Shown: positions 24,042 to 37,073 of the stretch, one piece after another
Layout of the letters: every line of letters begins with the position of its first letter
How positions within the stretch are numbered: the first letter of the stretch is position 1
NCBI RefSeq assembly: GCF_000143415.4
Contig: NW_003314370.1
Coordinates: 489,517-553,516, forward strand
Length of the DNA stretch: 64,000 nt
Direction of reading: 5' to 3'
From: Selaginella moellendorffii
Taxonomy: Eukaryota > Plantae > Lycopodiophyta
Made by a program: the position numbers and the translations under genes
The notes under the pieces: model-generated
The model's input: the letters and a program-made list of their open reading frames with translations, nothing else
Database searches by the model: none
Told to the model about the DNA's origin: nothing

Positions 24042-24623
24042 GTGTAAGTAAACCCTAGAACTTAGTTCTACCTTTATAGTAAAGCAACCAAAAGGCTCGC
24101 TAAACAAAGGACGGTCCTTTTGGCTTTAGTTGATGTAGTTTACATAAATAAACTTTGTCAAGTAAAAATACAAGGAATCAAAGAAGAACTTCTAGAAAAG
24201 TCTTGAATTCTTTTCTATCAAGGAAGAGGTAAATAAAGTCAATCAATAAAAAGTTGTAAATTAAAAAAGGACCTCGTTGTCAAAACAAGCAACGAAGACG
24301 TATCGATAGATTTGCTGGAACTGGCATATTTCTTCCTCGTGACACGACACGAAGAGGCGAATATCCTCTCCTTGGAAGAGGCACAAGATAAGATATGGCC
24401 ATGGTGTGGCTGTGAGTGACAGCAAGCTTGGAGTAGTTTTAACCCCAGGTACATTTCTTGGTAGATTTATTTACTACTTTTACCCAATATGATTTCATTG
24501 TTCTAGGGTTGATTGGAGGCTCCGGCTTATCCGCTTCGTCGGGGAGAGCAGTGCTAGGGTTGCGCGATTCGCAGGGCGGGGATTGTTTCTCACGAATTCG
24601 GGGATCGTCTCTATCGCGGCGCC

Positions 24624-26041
24624 ATGGCGTCGGCTCCAGCAGGTCGGGGTTTCGCGCATAGATTAGGTCAATTTCTCACTCGGCATTGCTTTGCGATTCG
24701 CAGAAAAGGCCGCGGATGACAAGAAATCCGAGTCCTCCTCATCGCAGGCGGATTTTAACGCTTTCGACATGTCGGCGATGACGAGCTTGTTGAATGTAAG
24801 CTTTAGTTCTTTCTAGATACTGTTTTGCTAGAAAGTTTCTTGAACTGCACTCTTTTTCTTTTTTTTGCCAGGATCCAAGCATCAAAGACATGGCGGAGCA
24901 AATTGCCAAGGATCCGGCATTCAATCGCATGGCACAGCAACTATCCGAGAGCGTCCAGACCGCCGGAGACGGTGTTCCACAGCTCGACACGAATCAATAC
25001 TTCCAGGCAATGCAGCAAGTTATGCAAAACCCACAGTTCATGAGCATGGCGGAGCGCCTTGGCAATGCTCTCATGCAGGTAGTGTTTGGAAGCTCTATTG
25101 TCTCAAGCTTTTGTTTCTCTGTTTTCCAGGATCCATCCATGGCAGCAATGCTCCAGAACATGACTAATCCAGCTCATAAGGAGCAACTCGAGGCACGCAT
25201 GTCGCAAATCAGAGAGGATCCCGCTTTGAAGCCAGTTCTCGACGAGATCGAGCAAGGAGGCCCAGCAGCTATGATGAAGTACGATCCTCTTTATCTGATT
25301 CTCTCTCACTCGTGCAAGTGACTGACTTTTGTGATGTGAACTTTTGCCAGGTACTGGAATGATCCCGATGTTCTTAACAAGCTAGGACGGGCAATGGGAG
25401 TAGGGGGTCCGCAGCACTTTGGCTTGCCAAGGGAGGAAGTCGAAGAAGCGGAGGCCGAGGGCGAGGGCGAGGAAGAGGAGGAACTGACGCTTCATCACAC
25501 CGCTAGCACTGGCGACATTGAGGTACCTGAGTTTTCTCTATGTAATTTTGTTTTTCTCATGCTCTTCATGCCAGGGGTTGAAAGTTCTTCTAGCGGACGG
25601 TGCAAACAAGGATGAGAAAGACTCGGAAGGGAGAACAGCACTTCATTTTGCTTGTGGATACGGAGAGGTAAGCAAATAGATTGAGTTGATTTCCTCCTCC
25701 ACGACTCATCTGTCATCTCTTTCCAGTTGAAATGCGCGGAAGCTCTTCTCGAGGCTGGGGCGTTCGTGGACTCGGTGGACAAGAACAACAACACTCCATT
25801 GCATTACGCTGGTGGCTACGGCCGGAAGGAATGCGTGGAGCTGCTATTGAAGAACGGAGCGGCCGTGTACGTGTCTCGAAAGCCTCTTCGTTCTTTCGCG
25901 CTTGGATTGGACTAACTTTTCCTTGTTCCTTGTTCCAACAGGACTGTAAGAAACATGGACAGCAAAACTCCAATGGACGTTGCCAAGCTCAACAATCAGG
26001 ACGAGATCGTCCAGCTCTTGCAAAACGACGTTTTCCTCTGA
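24624..26041 (+). CDS. AKR2: Ankyrin repeat domain-containing protein 2 (membrane-protein chaperone)
   Basis: [11 protein letters not shown]|[23 protein letters not shown]|[46 protein letters not shown]-terminal NDVFL. Confidence 0.95.
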
Positions 26042-26271
26042 GAGAAATCGGAATCACAAGGCGAGAAGAACGAATTCGTTGGGGATTGTGTGAAAACTAT
26101 ACTTGAAGGCGTAGAAGTTCCTGGTGTTGGATTTTTCCTCTTATCATTATAGCTACAAAGAAAACCTTTTAAACTCCACAGCATCGCTACAAACATAGCT
26201 TTTCCTTTTGGTATAAAACTTCCTCCCAGTGAGGAAAAGAATCAAAGAAGTTCTTCCAGAGTGCTTCTTCG

Positions 26272-26646
26272 CTATGACGATCGAACTCTCTTGTGACCCA
26301 CCGCTCCAGCGGCAGCGGCGGGAGAATCCATGGCTTTCGCGGTCGCTGGCGGTGGGATGGAATCGCCCTCTTGCGAATTCTCGAAAGACTTGACGAACGA
26401 GGAGGAGATGGTGGAGTACAGGCTCACGACCTGGCCGATGTTCTTGTTGAGCTCCTTGATGAGCACCACGTTCCTGGACAGGCTCTCGGGGACCTTGGAT
26501 TCCTGGTTCTGGTTGATCTCGTTGATGAGGAGCCGGTTGTGATCGAGCAGGAATTGGACCTGGCTAAATCCCCGCTCGAACGCCGCCCACATCTTCCTGT
26601 CCACTGGCGGCGCCTTTGCTGGCGCCGACGATGCGTCGGCTTCCAT
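26272..26646 (-). CDS. ELF4-like: EARLY FLOWERING 4-like protein (DUF1313)
   Basis: FSQVQFLLDHNRLLINEINQNQESKVPESLSRNVVLIKELNKNIGQVVSLYS; C-terminal GHKRVR. Confidence 0.93.
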   Translation of the reverse strand: MEADASSAPAKAPPVDRKMWAAFERGFSQVQFLLDHNRLLINEINQNQESKVPESLSRNVVLIKELNKNIGQVVSLYSTISSSFVKSFENSQEGDSIPPPATAKAMDSPAAAAGAVGHKRVRSS

Positions 26647-26874
26647 GGAAAATCTTTGCGCTCGCGAGAGATTTTGGGAGAGGCGCGATCATTCCTGGAA
26701 AGAATCCCACTCACGAATTGTGAGATCGATGGAGGAGCTGGGAGGGGAGAGATTTGCTACTTACCACCACTGGCGCGCATGGATTCATCGTCTCCGCTCG
26801 AAATATTTCACTTTGCCCTAGCTAGGTAGAGAGCGAAGAACTGAGTTAGGGTTTCTTCTACCTAGAGCGATCCA

Positions 26875-27976
26875 ATGCGGCGAGCGGCGGGGGCGCTGCG
26901 CGGGGCGTGGGCGATTCTCGCGCGACAGGAGGAGCGAGCAGCGCCTCTAGCGACTCGATTCTTGTCGCAGGTCGCGAGTGTCAACAGATCGCCTCTTGTT
27001 CGTCCGGCACTCCTTTTCTCTCGCCGGGTAAGCTACCTTTTCTTTCTTGCCGCTCGAGCTAATGTAGATTGCGATTGCTAGGATGCGAGGGATTTCGCTG
27101 ATAAAGCCAAGGAGGATTTGCCTCCTCTACCTCCTCCTGTGAAGGTAAGGAAGATTTTTTCTTTCTCTCTTTTGGGCTTGCATGAAGGGCTGGTGTTTTT
27201 CTCTTTTTCTTTCTTGTAGATGCCGAAACTCTTGAGTGGTGTTCATGGCAACTACGCTGCTTCCTTGTATGTGACCGCTGTGAGGGCCGAGGCTACCGAC
27301 CAAGTGGACTCTGAAATGCGGGCGATCGCAGCCGCGGTCGCGCAGTCCCCCGAGTTTCAAGCTTTCGCGGAGGATATCTTCATGAAGAGGGAAGACCGCA
27401 TTGAGACCGTGAAGAAAGTCTTTGGTGACTCCAATCTACATACGATTACCATGAACTTTCTAAGTAAGTTTGCCTTTTTTTCTCTCGTCTTTTCTGATTG
27501 TGGTTGTTTGAGCAGCAATCTTAGCTGAGGATGGCCAGTTCAAACTCTTTCCAAGGATCGCGAAATCGTTTGCCGAGGTGATGGACGCTCACAGGGGGCG
27601 TATACGCACGCTTATCACCACAGCAGATGTACGTACTAGTGAAGCCTGGTTGCTGGCATTAACATTTACGTGGTTTTTCGTTTCTCTCCTCTTTCAGGAG
27701 CCCTCATCCTCCGATTTGGATTATATAAAGAAGAATGTGGTGGACACGATGCTAGAGCCTGGACAAACTGCGATCATTGAGACAAAGGTATGCGCGATTC
27801 CCTCTTGCTAATGCGCTCTTACCGGTTAGCTACTTTTTTGGGCTTAGATCAACGAGGACATCATAGGGGGCTGTATCGTGGAGGTCGGGGACAAGCTCGT
27901 GGACATGTCCATCGGCAAGAGAATAGTGCAGATCGAAAAGGTTTTGCTCGAGTCCCTCTCGCAAATGGATGCGTGA
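26875..27976 (+). CDS. OSCP: Mitochondrial ATP synthase OSCP (delta) subunit
   Basis: Arg-rich presequence; GVHGNYAASLY, TMNFL, INEDIIGGCIVEVGDKLVDMSIGKRI. Confidence 0.9.
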
Positions 27977-28368
27977 GGTGGGATCAAGAACTCGAAGAGA
28001 CTCTTGGAATAATTTAGCAAAAAGCGAAAGGTGTGTGACAATAAGCTGATATTGATGACAACCACGGTGGTGTTGCAGACCAAGCGTAAATCTCATGTAC
28101 AAGTATCAGAAAAGAGGACCGATTGCTACTTTCGCTTCGTGATTCACGAGTTTGTTTGTGAGTGCAGGACAATAGTCGTTCTCGAACATGTGCCAGTTTT
28201 TGCTCTGCAATGGGACCAAGTAGGTTCTTAAATTCTACTTCCTTTTTTTGTTCTACCCCGTTTGAATGCAGGCAAAAGACAAATTTCTTTCCTCTCTGGA
28301 AAGTATGCTCGCAAGCAGGTACGGGGATTCGTGCGGTTTTATAAGCCTGTAGCGCGAAAAAGATCTCT

Positions 28369-28871
28369 TTATTCGCGATTCTTCCTAAGCTTCTCCGAAG
28401 AGGTATCCGAACTAAAGCAGCCTTGATCCTTACAGAAGTTTGGTACGGATAAACTCGAGCTCCACGATGTTGGGCTGCTGCTCCGGCTGGAAGAAGAATC
28501 GGCGGGTCTGCTGCTGCTGCGCTTGGCCTCTCTCGCTCGAAAGTAGTGCGCGAAGAACTCGGTGTTGGCCTTGACGAGCTCATTCCAAACTAGCGATCCA
28601 AGCAAGAACAAGAAAAGAAGAGAAGAGGATTATCATCAAACTATTCATGGATTTTCGAGGTACCTATTTCAGCAATAGCTGGGTCTACATTCGCTTGTGC
28701 CAGAGCTTCGATGGTTTCTTCTTGATCCATATGTAGCAGCAGGCATCTCTCGATCAAGTAATGCACCTACAAATCCTAGTAAAAGGCTGCTCCAAAATTT
28801 TTAAGTCAAATTGCTACCTTGAAAATGTAGGAACTCGAGATTGTCTCTTCCGGCGGCCTGCGCGCGCTCAT
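28369..28871 (-). CDS. Plant A_thal_3526 (TIGR01589) family protein
   Basis: SSSYIFK|VHYLIERCLLLHMDQEETIEAL..NVDPAIAEI|VWNELVKANTEFFAHY. Confidence 0.85.
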
Positions 28872-29224
28872 AGCGAGGATCAAACTGGAAATCACGAGAG
28901 ATTTCCTTCTTCCTTCTTTAAAACACTGCCGCTCTTTGCTGTTCGTGGAAATCGTGGAAAGCAAAGCTGTGCCGTTGATCGGCACCCATCAACCGTCAAC
29001 ATGTCATTCACATCTCAACCGTCGGGAGCCCGCATCCAACGCTTGAAGTCGCGGCACGCGGCGAAAGCGATATGCAATGCGGCGTGGTTTTTAAGCAACT
29101 CCCGTCCACCGTCGAACCGAGACTGCTGTCGCGCCATCCAACGGCCAGGCTTGCTAACGGATAATTTGCCATGTGACCGTCATGTGAAGTGTGCTATTTT
29201 AATGCTTCCTCGTGGGTCCACGGT

Positions 29225-29327
29225 CACGTGGCAGTGCTGTTGACCCAATAATATACAATGCGAACGCACGATTGTCCATTGACCATTAGAGTCAATGTTT
29301 TTCGTGGACTTAAGTCAACTAAGTCAA
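29225..29327. promoter_or_regulatory. G-box (CACGTGGC) plus five W-boxes upstream of the A_thal_3526 gene
   Basis: CACGTG at 29225; TTGACC at 29240 and 29279; AGTCAA at 29290, 29313 and 29322. Confidence 0.45.
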
Positions 29328-29568
29328 CGTTTTGATTGAATCGTTCGAGTAAGAAGAATCGTGGTGTTCATGTACAATTGCTATGGCTATGATATTGTCA
29401 TCGTTGTCGTTCGAAGGAATCGAGGAATCAAGGAGAGAGTAGTGATCTTGGCGGTGACTGCCTCTTCTAGTCTGCCTGCTGGTTAGCTTCCCAAAAGGAG
29501 AACAGAGAAAAAGAAAGAGAGAGAGAAAAAAATTCGAGGAGAAGAGTCAGTGAGTGAGTTCTTGGGAC

Positions 29569-31369
29569 TCAATCCTGACGAGGAGCTTGTTGTTGTTGCT
29601 CCTCTTGCTTCTCGACCGTCTCCATTTCTCGCAGCTGGCGTTGCATGAGATAGCCCTGCGCCGTGGAATTCACGATGGAAGCCAGGAATCCCATGAGTAT
29701 GACCATCACGAAGGTGTTCCAGGCGAACGCGACCATGTTTGGCTGCCCGGACTGAAAGCAACATCCATCAGTACCGAGGAACAAGACTAGATTTTGCTTC
29801 TTCAATCTTGTCAGTACCAAGGATCTTGGGGAGACTACTTACTTTCGCTTGCTGGCCGTGACGAAAGCTCTCCTGGGCACTTTGTAGAGTGGTCCTGATT
29901 CTCGGCAAGATGAAGGAGAACGTAGGCACCTTAGATAAACTCCAGGTTAGCGAGTCCAATATGAGCTCTACCAAGTGCGCGTTGCAAGCCAAGATGATGA
30001 AAATCGTCTGCCAAACAGTGCACAAATGAGATTTTCTGTTACTGTCAAGATACAGTACCTGTATGTGCGTCTTGATGACTGCCTTCCCCAATAAGGTGGC
30101 CAGGAAAAACTTCCAGAAAGGAACAAGAAAATGCCCACACATCATTCCCGCTAAATCGAACAACGGATTCGGCACCTGCGGAACGGAGCGTGAGTCGTGC
30201 CAAAAAGCAACACTAAAAAGAAATAATATAGACATACCGAAGCACAAATCAAGATCGTGAAAAATCCAAACCGCTGGATTTTCGTCACCATCCACTGCCT
30301 TACTCGCGTCAGCAAGGAATCCTTTGTGGCGGACTCATTCTCAATGTCGTCAAGAGCCTTTAGACGCTCGCCAGACAACCGAGCTGCGGACCTTCTAAGT
30401 CAGTGACACGAAACTTAAAAGCAAATGAAGTGAGGATACCTGCTCTAGAAACAAAGTAAGGCGGAAGCTCTCCAAGCGCCGTCCCAATCCCCCACAAGAC
30501 TGCCTCGGGCTGGACTTGTACCAAGACGTTGTAGAGCGGGACCATGTAACTCTCGTGCTCGGATGCAAGCCGGGGAAACTGGGGAGCTCCAATGCTCGTA
30601 CAGTCCTTGTCCGCCCATGAGGCACTCGTTCCAAAATATGGTGTGTCATATGGAGCGGACTTTAAGTCGTCGCGTCCACAGAGGGTGGCTTTGAGCGTAA
30701 ACATGGCAATGTGAGGACCAAGGTAGAGCACGAACGTGTGTAGTCCCGAGCCTGGAGAATCGCGTAAGACTTTAAGAGAGAAACCTTTTAAAAAAATCCA
30801 GGAACTTTACCGAGTCCGATCGAAGAAGCCACTCCAAGGCCGATCCACCACACAGCGAAACGAAAATATAGCCAGGCTTCCTCCATTGCCTGCGAGAGAA
30901 GAATCGAGCTTTCATGAAGAGCAGGCTTGAATGGAAGGAGAGAAATAAATACCTTCTCATACCCTCCGACCACCAGCAGTGTGCATCCCGACGCGAAGCA
31001 GAGAAAAAGGAACAAGAGAAACGTGAATCTGTGCCTCGCAGCGTAGATCCAAATCCGTCCCAGATGTTGGAGCATGGCCAGCAGGAAGAATTTCGTGGTC
31101 GTGAGCGGCTGCTTCGTGAGAACGAGCTGCTCGCGTTGTCTGGTATGCATCCTCTTCAACCGTTCTGGAAGGAACGAAGTGAAAAAAAAAACAAAAGAAA
31201 GAAGAAATCGCGAGATCGGTGTCTAAGAGCTCGAAATTTCGAGCGAGCGCGAGATCGATGAGAGCGCTGGAAAGAGCGAACGACACTTACTCATTGGATC
31301 GATCCCGATGGTGCTGGTGAAGCTGGAGCTGGCGGTGGGCGCTACCGGCGAGGAGAATTCGTCCGCCAT
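29569..31369 (-). CDS. KMS1: Vacuole membrane protein KMS1 / VMP1
   Basis: [14 protein letters not shown]|[45 protein letters not shown]|[24 protein letters not shown]. Confidence 0.95.
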
Positions 31370-31681
31370 TGGGGAGGCGCGACCAATGCGCGTGACAAAC
31401 CCTAGCGCCTTGAGCAGATTAGGGCTCTTGGACGTCGGAGGGCCCGAAGTATTTCGGGGCCGGCTAAGCGCGCTTTCCAAGGTAATCGCCACTACGAATC
31501 TTAGCTAGATCCCCTTTTGCCGCATTCTCAGCATTCCTCCATGCTTGAGCTCTATCGAATCGTGCTGTTCTTCTAGCTGTTCTAGGTGAAGAGAGCTTTG
31601 CTCTCTATGTAACAAAATTGCTACTACCGCTACAAGGCTACCAGGTAAAAAAGCCTCTAGCTGCTATATTGGAGAAGAAAA

Positions 31682-32562
31682 TCACTCGACTAGACTAAAC
31701 ATACTGACGAACTTAGCAGGACCGAGCGAATCCAGCATATCAGCCAGTTTGCTGGCAGTCCACCGCAATGGGAGAAGCTGCCGCTCTTGTGCCTTCATCC
31801 AGATGCGTCCATGAAAGAGGAAGAGTCCGCTCTCTAAAGGTACCACGACCTTGCTGCTGCTGCTGATTTTGCTGGCTTGGGTGATGTTGGTGTTGAGCTG
31901 CAGGGCTTCCAGTCGTGGCTGCGCTGCTGCCACTGCTGCTGCCGCGGCATTCGAGTTTGAGAAATCCGTGTCCGGCAACTTTGCAGTGATCCAGACGACT
32001 TCCATGTCTTCCAAGTCACTGAAGGCCTGCAAGCTCTGCCTGGTAGGTTTCCACTCCTTGGACTGCTCCCGGAAGGTGTTGTCCTCCTCCTTGTCCCTTC
32101 TTGGAGGGGGGATTTCCTTACAGTGCGTAGCATTCTCTTTCTCTCTGTTTCGTTAGTTTGGTTTCAGCTCTACAGGCTTGCGAGATGGCTGGAAGATTAA
32201 GTTACAAGTGTGGCTTTTCTTCTTACCTGGAATGCAGAGAACTCGTCGAGGGGCTCCTTGTTCATGTCGTGCAAGTCGAGGCCGGAGCAGTCGCCTTTGC
32301 CGCACAGCGTCTTGGGCCGCTGCAGTGCCCTCTTCTGCCTGTTACTCCACAAGTCTTTGACATCGTTGTCAGTGCGCCCAGGCATCGATCTTGGCCCACT
32401 TTGCCGAGCTTGGCTTGCATTTCCACGACGAGCTTTTCCAGGAAAAAACGCTGGAACTCTTACACTACAGTGACTCAGCTCAAGGTGCTTGCACAGGATG
32501 TTGCAAGCTTCAAGCCTCTCCACTTCACACTCTGAAACACAGAAAACTCCCAACTCAAACAC
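31682..32562 (-). pseudogene. Truncated or chimeric DUO1-like R2R3-MYB fragment
   Basis: MPGRTDNDVKDLWSNRQKR at 32385-32329 resembles the DUO1-type R3 end. The rest of the R2R3 domain is missing and the phase of the downstream exon is ambiguous. Confidence 0.55.
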
Positions 32563-33843
32563 AGATAGACATAGGTGTGTTACAAATTCTTAAACACTTG
32601 GTTATGTACTACTTACATTGTCATCCTCCATAACCCATGATCTGATCCTCCATGTTATCATGTACCTCTAAACCATATACCACAAGTTTTGTTATTTCCA
32701 ACTTTAGGCAGTGGGTAGCCATTAAGTACCAGAGTAGTTTAGAATAATGAGTTGAGAAGTGGTTAGTAATTACAAGCTAAAAAATTTACTTAGAGGACTA
32801 AGAGAAGTTAATGGTGTTTTCCAGTGAGTTAACAAAGAATAAGGTGAAAGATTAATCTTGAGAAAAGAGTTAAAGTAAGTACAAAAACAGGAGCATTAGT
32901 AATATTTTCAATTCCAGTTTACTTGGCTTATTTGCTTTTATGGATCTTTTTTCAAAATTTTTTTGTTAACTCAAGTTTGTTCTTTTTTTCAATAACTCTA
33001 AAAGTTTTTTCACCAGCTCAAGTCACGAACTAAAGAAAAATCACATATATAAATGTACTTTCAAAGTTGCAGGCACAATATTATCATCCTCAGTATAAGC
33101 CTTTCTTAATTAATCTAACAAATTTAAATAACAATATTGAAATAGTTATTGAGTTTTTTATTTTAAATAAAACATTTACCATAACCTTCTCAAATAAAAA
33201 ATGATATTACTATTATATATGATTACATCAATTTCAAATTTTTTTTGGAACCAATTTTAATAAACTATATAATTTTTGTAGCATTTAATTTAATTAATTA
33301 AAAATGTACTTTTCCATGATAAAACTTATGCTCTAAAAATGTATTAATCAGGATGTATATATCAGCATGCTCTAATGTATATAGTATAAAATTTCATTAT
33401 TCTTGAAAAAAATTAATAAAAATTTAATATAAGGTTTTAAATTAAAAAATAGCTTAAAAATAAAATTAATAATTTTTATTTAAAAATTAGTATAAGAAAT
33501 GTAATGTATGTTTTAAAAATTAAAATATTTATAAAAACTTATCATATGTTATAGCATAAAGAATAGATTTTTTTTCTCATTCTGTTTATTAAATTTCTTA
33601 GAAAGCTATAACACCACAAATAATATATTAAAATTTTAAACTTTTAGCTAAAAAAAGTGAAATACCATTATGAAATAAGAAATAGAGTTTTTAAAAAAAT
33701 CTAAACTGTTTTAATAAAAAACATTAAAGTTAATTTTTTTTGTTATGGAAAACTATAAAATCTTAAAAGTATAAATATAACTAAAAGTTAATAATTATTT
33801 TATGTAATTTACACACTTATAATTTATCAATACTCCACTAATA

Positions 33844-34235
33844 CTTATGCCATAGCTTTGGATTTCATTTTAGTCATAATTGTTAGTAACGTTGTTACTA
33901 ATTTTGTAGGAGTTTTAAATTCTTGTGGTAGTTTATAATCAATCAATAGAAGTTTTGAATGTTTCATCTGATCACATTTTTCAATCTTTTGGAGGGGAGG
34001 ACGCTTTAAGCTTAATATATATATAAACAGATACATATGCCGATATTGCTCCATCCTTCCCCTTATGCCATAGCTTTGGATTTCATTTTAGTGTATATAT
34101 ATATGTATGTATATATATATATATATGTATGTATATATGTATGTATATATATATGTATATATGTATATGTATATATATATATTTATGTATATATATATAT
34201 ATATATTTATGTATATATATATATATATATTTATG

Positions 34236-34266
<31 letters not shown>

Positions 34267-34415
34267 GTATATATGTATATATATATATAAGTAATACACT
34301 ACTTATAGTACTAAAGCATATGGACTATCCATTTGGGATTAAATTTGGTCCATCCATTCTTGAATATAAACAATGGTTTAAACCCCAATTAATATACTTA
34401 TTCCTATATCCAAGT
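33844..34415 (+). mobile_element. 3' remnant of a Gypsy-family element: integrase C-terminal relic, polypurine tract and LTR with a (TA/TG)n expansion
   Basis: Reverse-complement match to 50505-50845; PPT-like GGAGGGGAGGA at ~33991; LTR core tataaacaatggtttaaaccccaattaatatac. Confidence 0.65.
34092..34289. repeat. (TA)n / (TATG)n microsatellite of ~200 bp
   Basis: Directly visible dinucleotide repeat. Confidence 0.97.
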
Positions 34416-34683
34416 ATATATAAAAAATCAGTATATATAAAAGAATGATTGGGGTTTAAATCTAAATTTTTTTAAAAACAATATATTAAATTTAATTTTT
34501 TTAGTGTTTTTTGTAAAATGTATAAAATTTATTATTTATATTAAAAAATTAAATATACTTAAAAGTTAATAACTATTCTATCTAATCTACACACTTTTAA
34601 TCTATTATATAATTAGTGAAAACAATAACCTGATTTATAATATATTTCTTTTTACATTGTAATTTAATTTTAATATCGAAGGA

Positions 34684-36973
34684 TGTGAAGGCCAAGTATA
34701 CGGCTATGATGCCGTATACTAATATTATTGTAGTGGGATTTTGGTAGCCATCAGATTGGTTTTAATCCAGACCACTTGCTCGTGTATATAAACTTGGGTT
34801 TTTAGGCTAATTGATATGCACATTTTCTATATTCCCTTTCCATATTCCAAACACTCACATTAGTGGAGATGAAGAGCACTTTTGATTGTTCTTGAGGAGT
34901 GTTTGGATTTGGGATTTTGGTTTAGATTTAGCTTTTGCATCGTCTAGATCTAGCTTTTTCCATTTACTTTCTTTTGTTCTTTCCTTTCAGGATTTTGGTT
35001 TAGATTTAGCTTTTTGCATTGTCTAGATCTACTATTTTCTTCTAGTTTTTTGTCATTTCTCTTCTTTTGCTCTTTCTTTATTCGTCTTCATGGCAGATCA
35101 ACAATCTCCTTCTTTGACTATGGAGCAGCAGTTGGTACAATTGCTTGATGCTATGCGCTTGCAATTAAACAACTAAACTCAGTTGATAGTGGGGGCTCAT
35201 GGCACGTGGTACAACTCTTCCCGCTTTTGGTCCCAATCCTTGCGTTTTGCTGGAGTTCTTTCGTGGGAATCCTGGGGATGATGTGTATCATTGGTTCAAT
35301 CATTTCACACTGATTGCCACATATCATTCTTGGGATGATGCTCGACATTTGGGTGAGTTTCTCACGTGTCTCCAAGGCACGGCGTTGCAATGGTACAATA
35401 GTTTGAGTGCAGCCACTCGTGAGGATTGGAGTGCCTCTCGGACGTCTTCAAACGCGCTTTCAGACATGTCGATAATTGTGATAATGCCTTCCAACAATTG
35501 CATCGTCTTCGCCAAGGGCCATCTAAGTCGATGATGCAATTTGGTGTTTGTTTCCGAAGTCTTTTGCTTCGTACGGAGCCAAATATGTAGGAGCGGATCA
35601 AGCTAGGAATGTTGTGGCTAGCACTTTGTCAAGATCTTGTTAAACTTATGCATGCACTTGCTCCTGCCACCCTTGACGATGCTTTTCGCTTGGCACAACG
35701 TTATGAGACATTGCCTCTTCCACTTCTCACTGCACGTCCTTCAACTTCACTTCCTATGGGCCCAATGGAGGTTGACGCTGCTGCTGCTCGAGTCCAAGAA
35801 CAAGGGCGAAGACGTGGTTGTGGCCATGATGTTCAATGCTGGGCATGTGATGAAGTTGGTCATACTTATCGGCGTTGTTGGTGTTTTCTAGATTGGATTT
35901 CCTAGGTGGAGACCTTGGCGTCAACAACGTCTTGTTGATGCTGCTGCAGTGGAAGGTTTGGACACCAAGATGCATCCGGGAAATGAGGAGTCTTGCGAAT
36001 AATGGAGGGACCTTGCACGAATAAGTCAGTGACTCCTCCATCTTTTTTTCGGGAGTATCATCAAGGGGTTCACTCGGCACTGGTTCATCCATTTGTGTTG
36101 GTTGATACAGGTTCAAGTTTATCTTTTATTGCTCAACCTGTTACCACATGTTGCCATCTACACTTGCGTCGTGCGGCCAAACCAATTTTCATTCTTTATG
36201 GCAACGGCTGTACACATGCATGTGCATGGGATGAGGTAGACTTGGTTGTGCATGTGGGCGATCTCGAGTTTGGGTTGCAGTCATTGCAGGTGGTGTTGAA
36301 TCAAGCTTTTGACCTTATCCTTTGTATAGATTGGTTGCAGCACAATCATGCCAAATGTGACTTTGAGGCTTCTCCCCCTTGTCTCATACTTCCTTATGTT
36401 TCATCCATTCCTTTCACTTCCGTACCTCTTTGTCCCTCTACTTCCATTACTTTTGTTCCCCCATTATTTCCTCCTATGTTTCTGTTTTGTTTTGCTCTTC
36501 CTTTTTCTGATCCCTCTGACGATCTTTGTGTTGCAGTGGTTGACCGGCTCATGAAAGAGTATTCTAATCTATTTGAATGTTTGGGGCCAAGATTGCCACA
36601 TGTCATCCGATTCCAACCGGGAATGCTCGTCCAATCAAGGTTTCTGTTCATCGTCGGTCACCCAAGGAGATCAAGATTTTACGTGCAAACGTCAAGGAGA
36701 TGTTGGATAAGGGTGTTATTCAGAAGTCGCGGAGTTCTTAGGTATGTGAACTTTATCTTATGACAAAGTCTAATAGAAGTATTCATTTTTGCATCGACTA
36801 TCATTTGTTAAATGAAGTGACGATCCCAAATGTGTACCTTCTTCCTCACACTGCTGATCTCTTGATCGTCTAGGGTGAAGTCGTTGGTTCACTAAGCTAG
36901 ATCTTTCTTTTGGGTACTGGTAAGTACCAATGGCCAAAGAAGATATTTCTAAGATTGTTTTTCATACACCATT
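34684..36973 (+). mobile_element. Decayed Ty3/Gypsy LTR retrotransposon (short 5' LTR 34684-34859, gag, protease, start of RT), cut by the assembly gap
   Basis: TG...CA LTR followed by TTAGTGGAGATG; gag (LQGTALQWYNSL); zinc knuckle CWACDEVGHTYRRC; protease VLVDTGSSLSFI; RT relics FCIDY, TKLDL..GYW*VP. Contains stops and frameshifts. Confidence 0.9.
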
Positions 36974-37073
36974 NNNNNNNNNNNNNNNNNNNNNNNNNNN
37001 NNNNNNNNNNNNNNNNNNNNNNNNNNNNNNNNNNNNNNNNNNNNNNNNNNNNNNNNNNNNNNNNNNNNNNNNN
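36974..37073. other. Assembly gap (100 N)
   Basis: Run of N. Confidence 1.

Noticed and set aside
14444-26041. APX3-like and AKR2 (a known client/chaperone pair) within ~10 kb as a functional cluster
   Set aside because: They are separated by unrelated genes, and chance proximity is likely in such a compact genome.
34037-34448. ORFs rich in Y/I/M/V
   Set aside because: They are translations of the (TA)n microsatellite.
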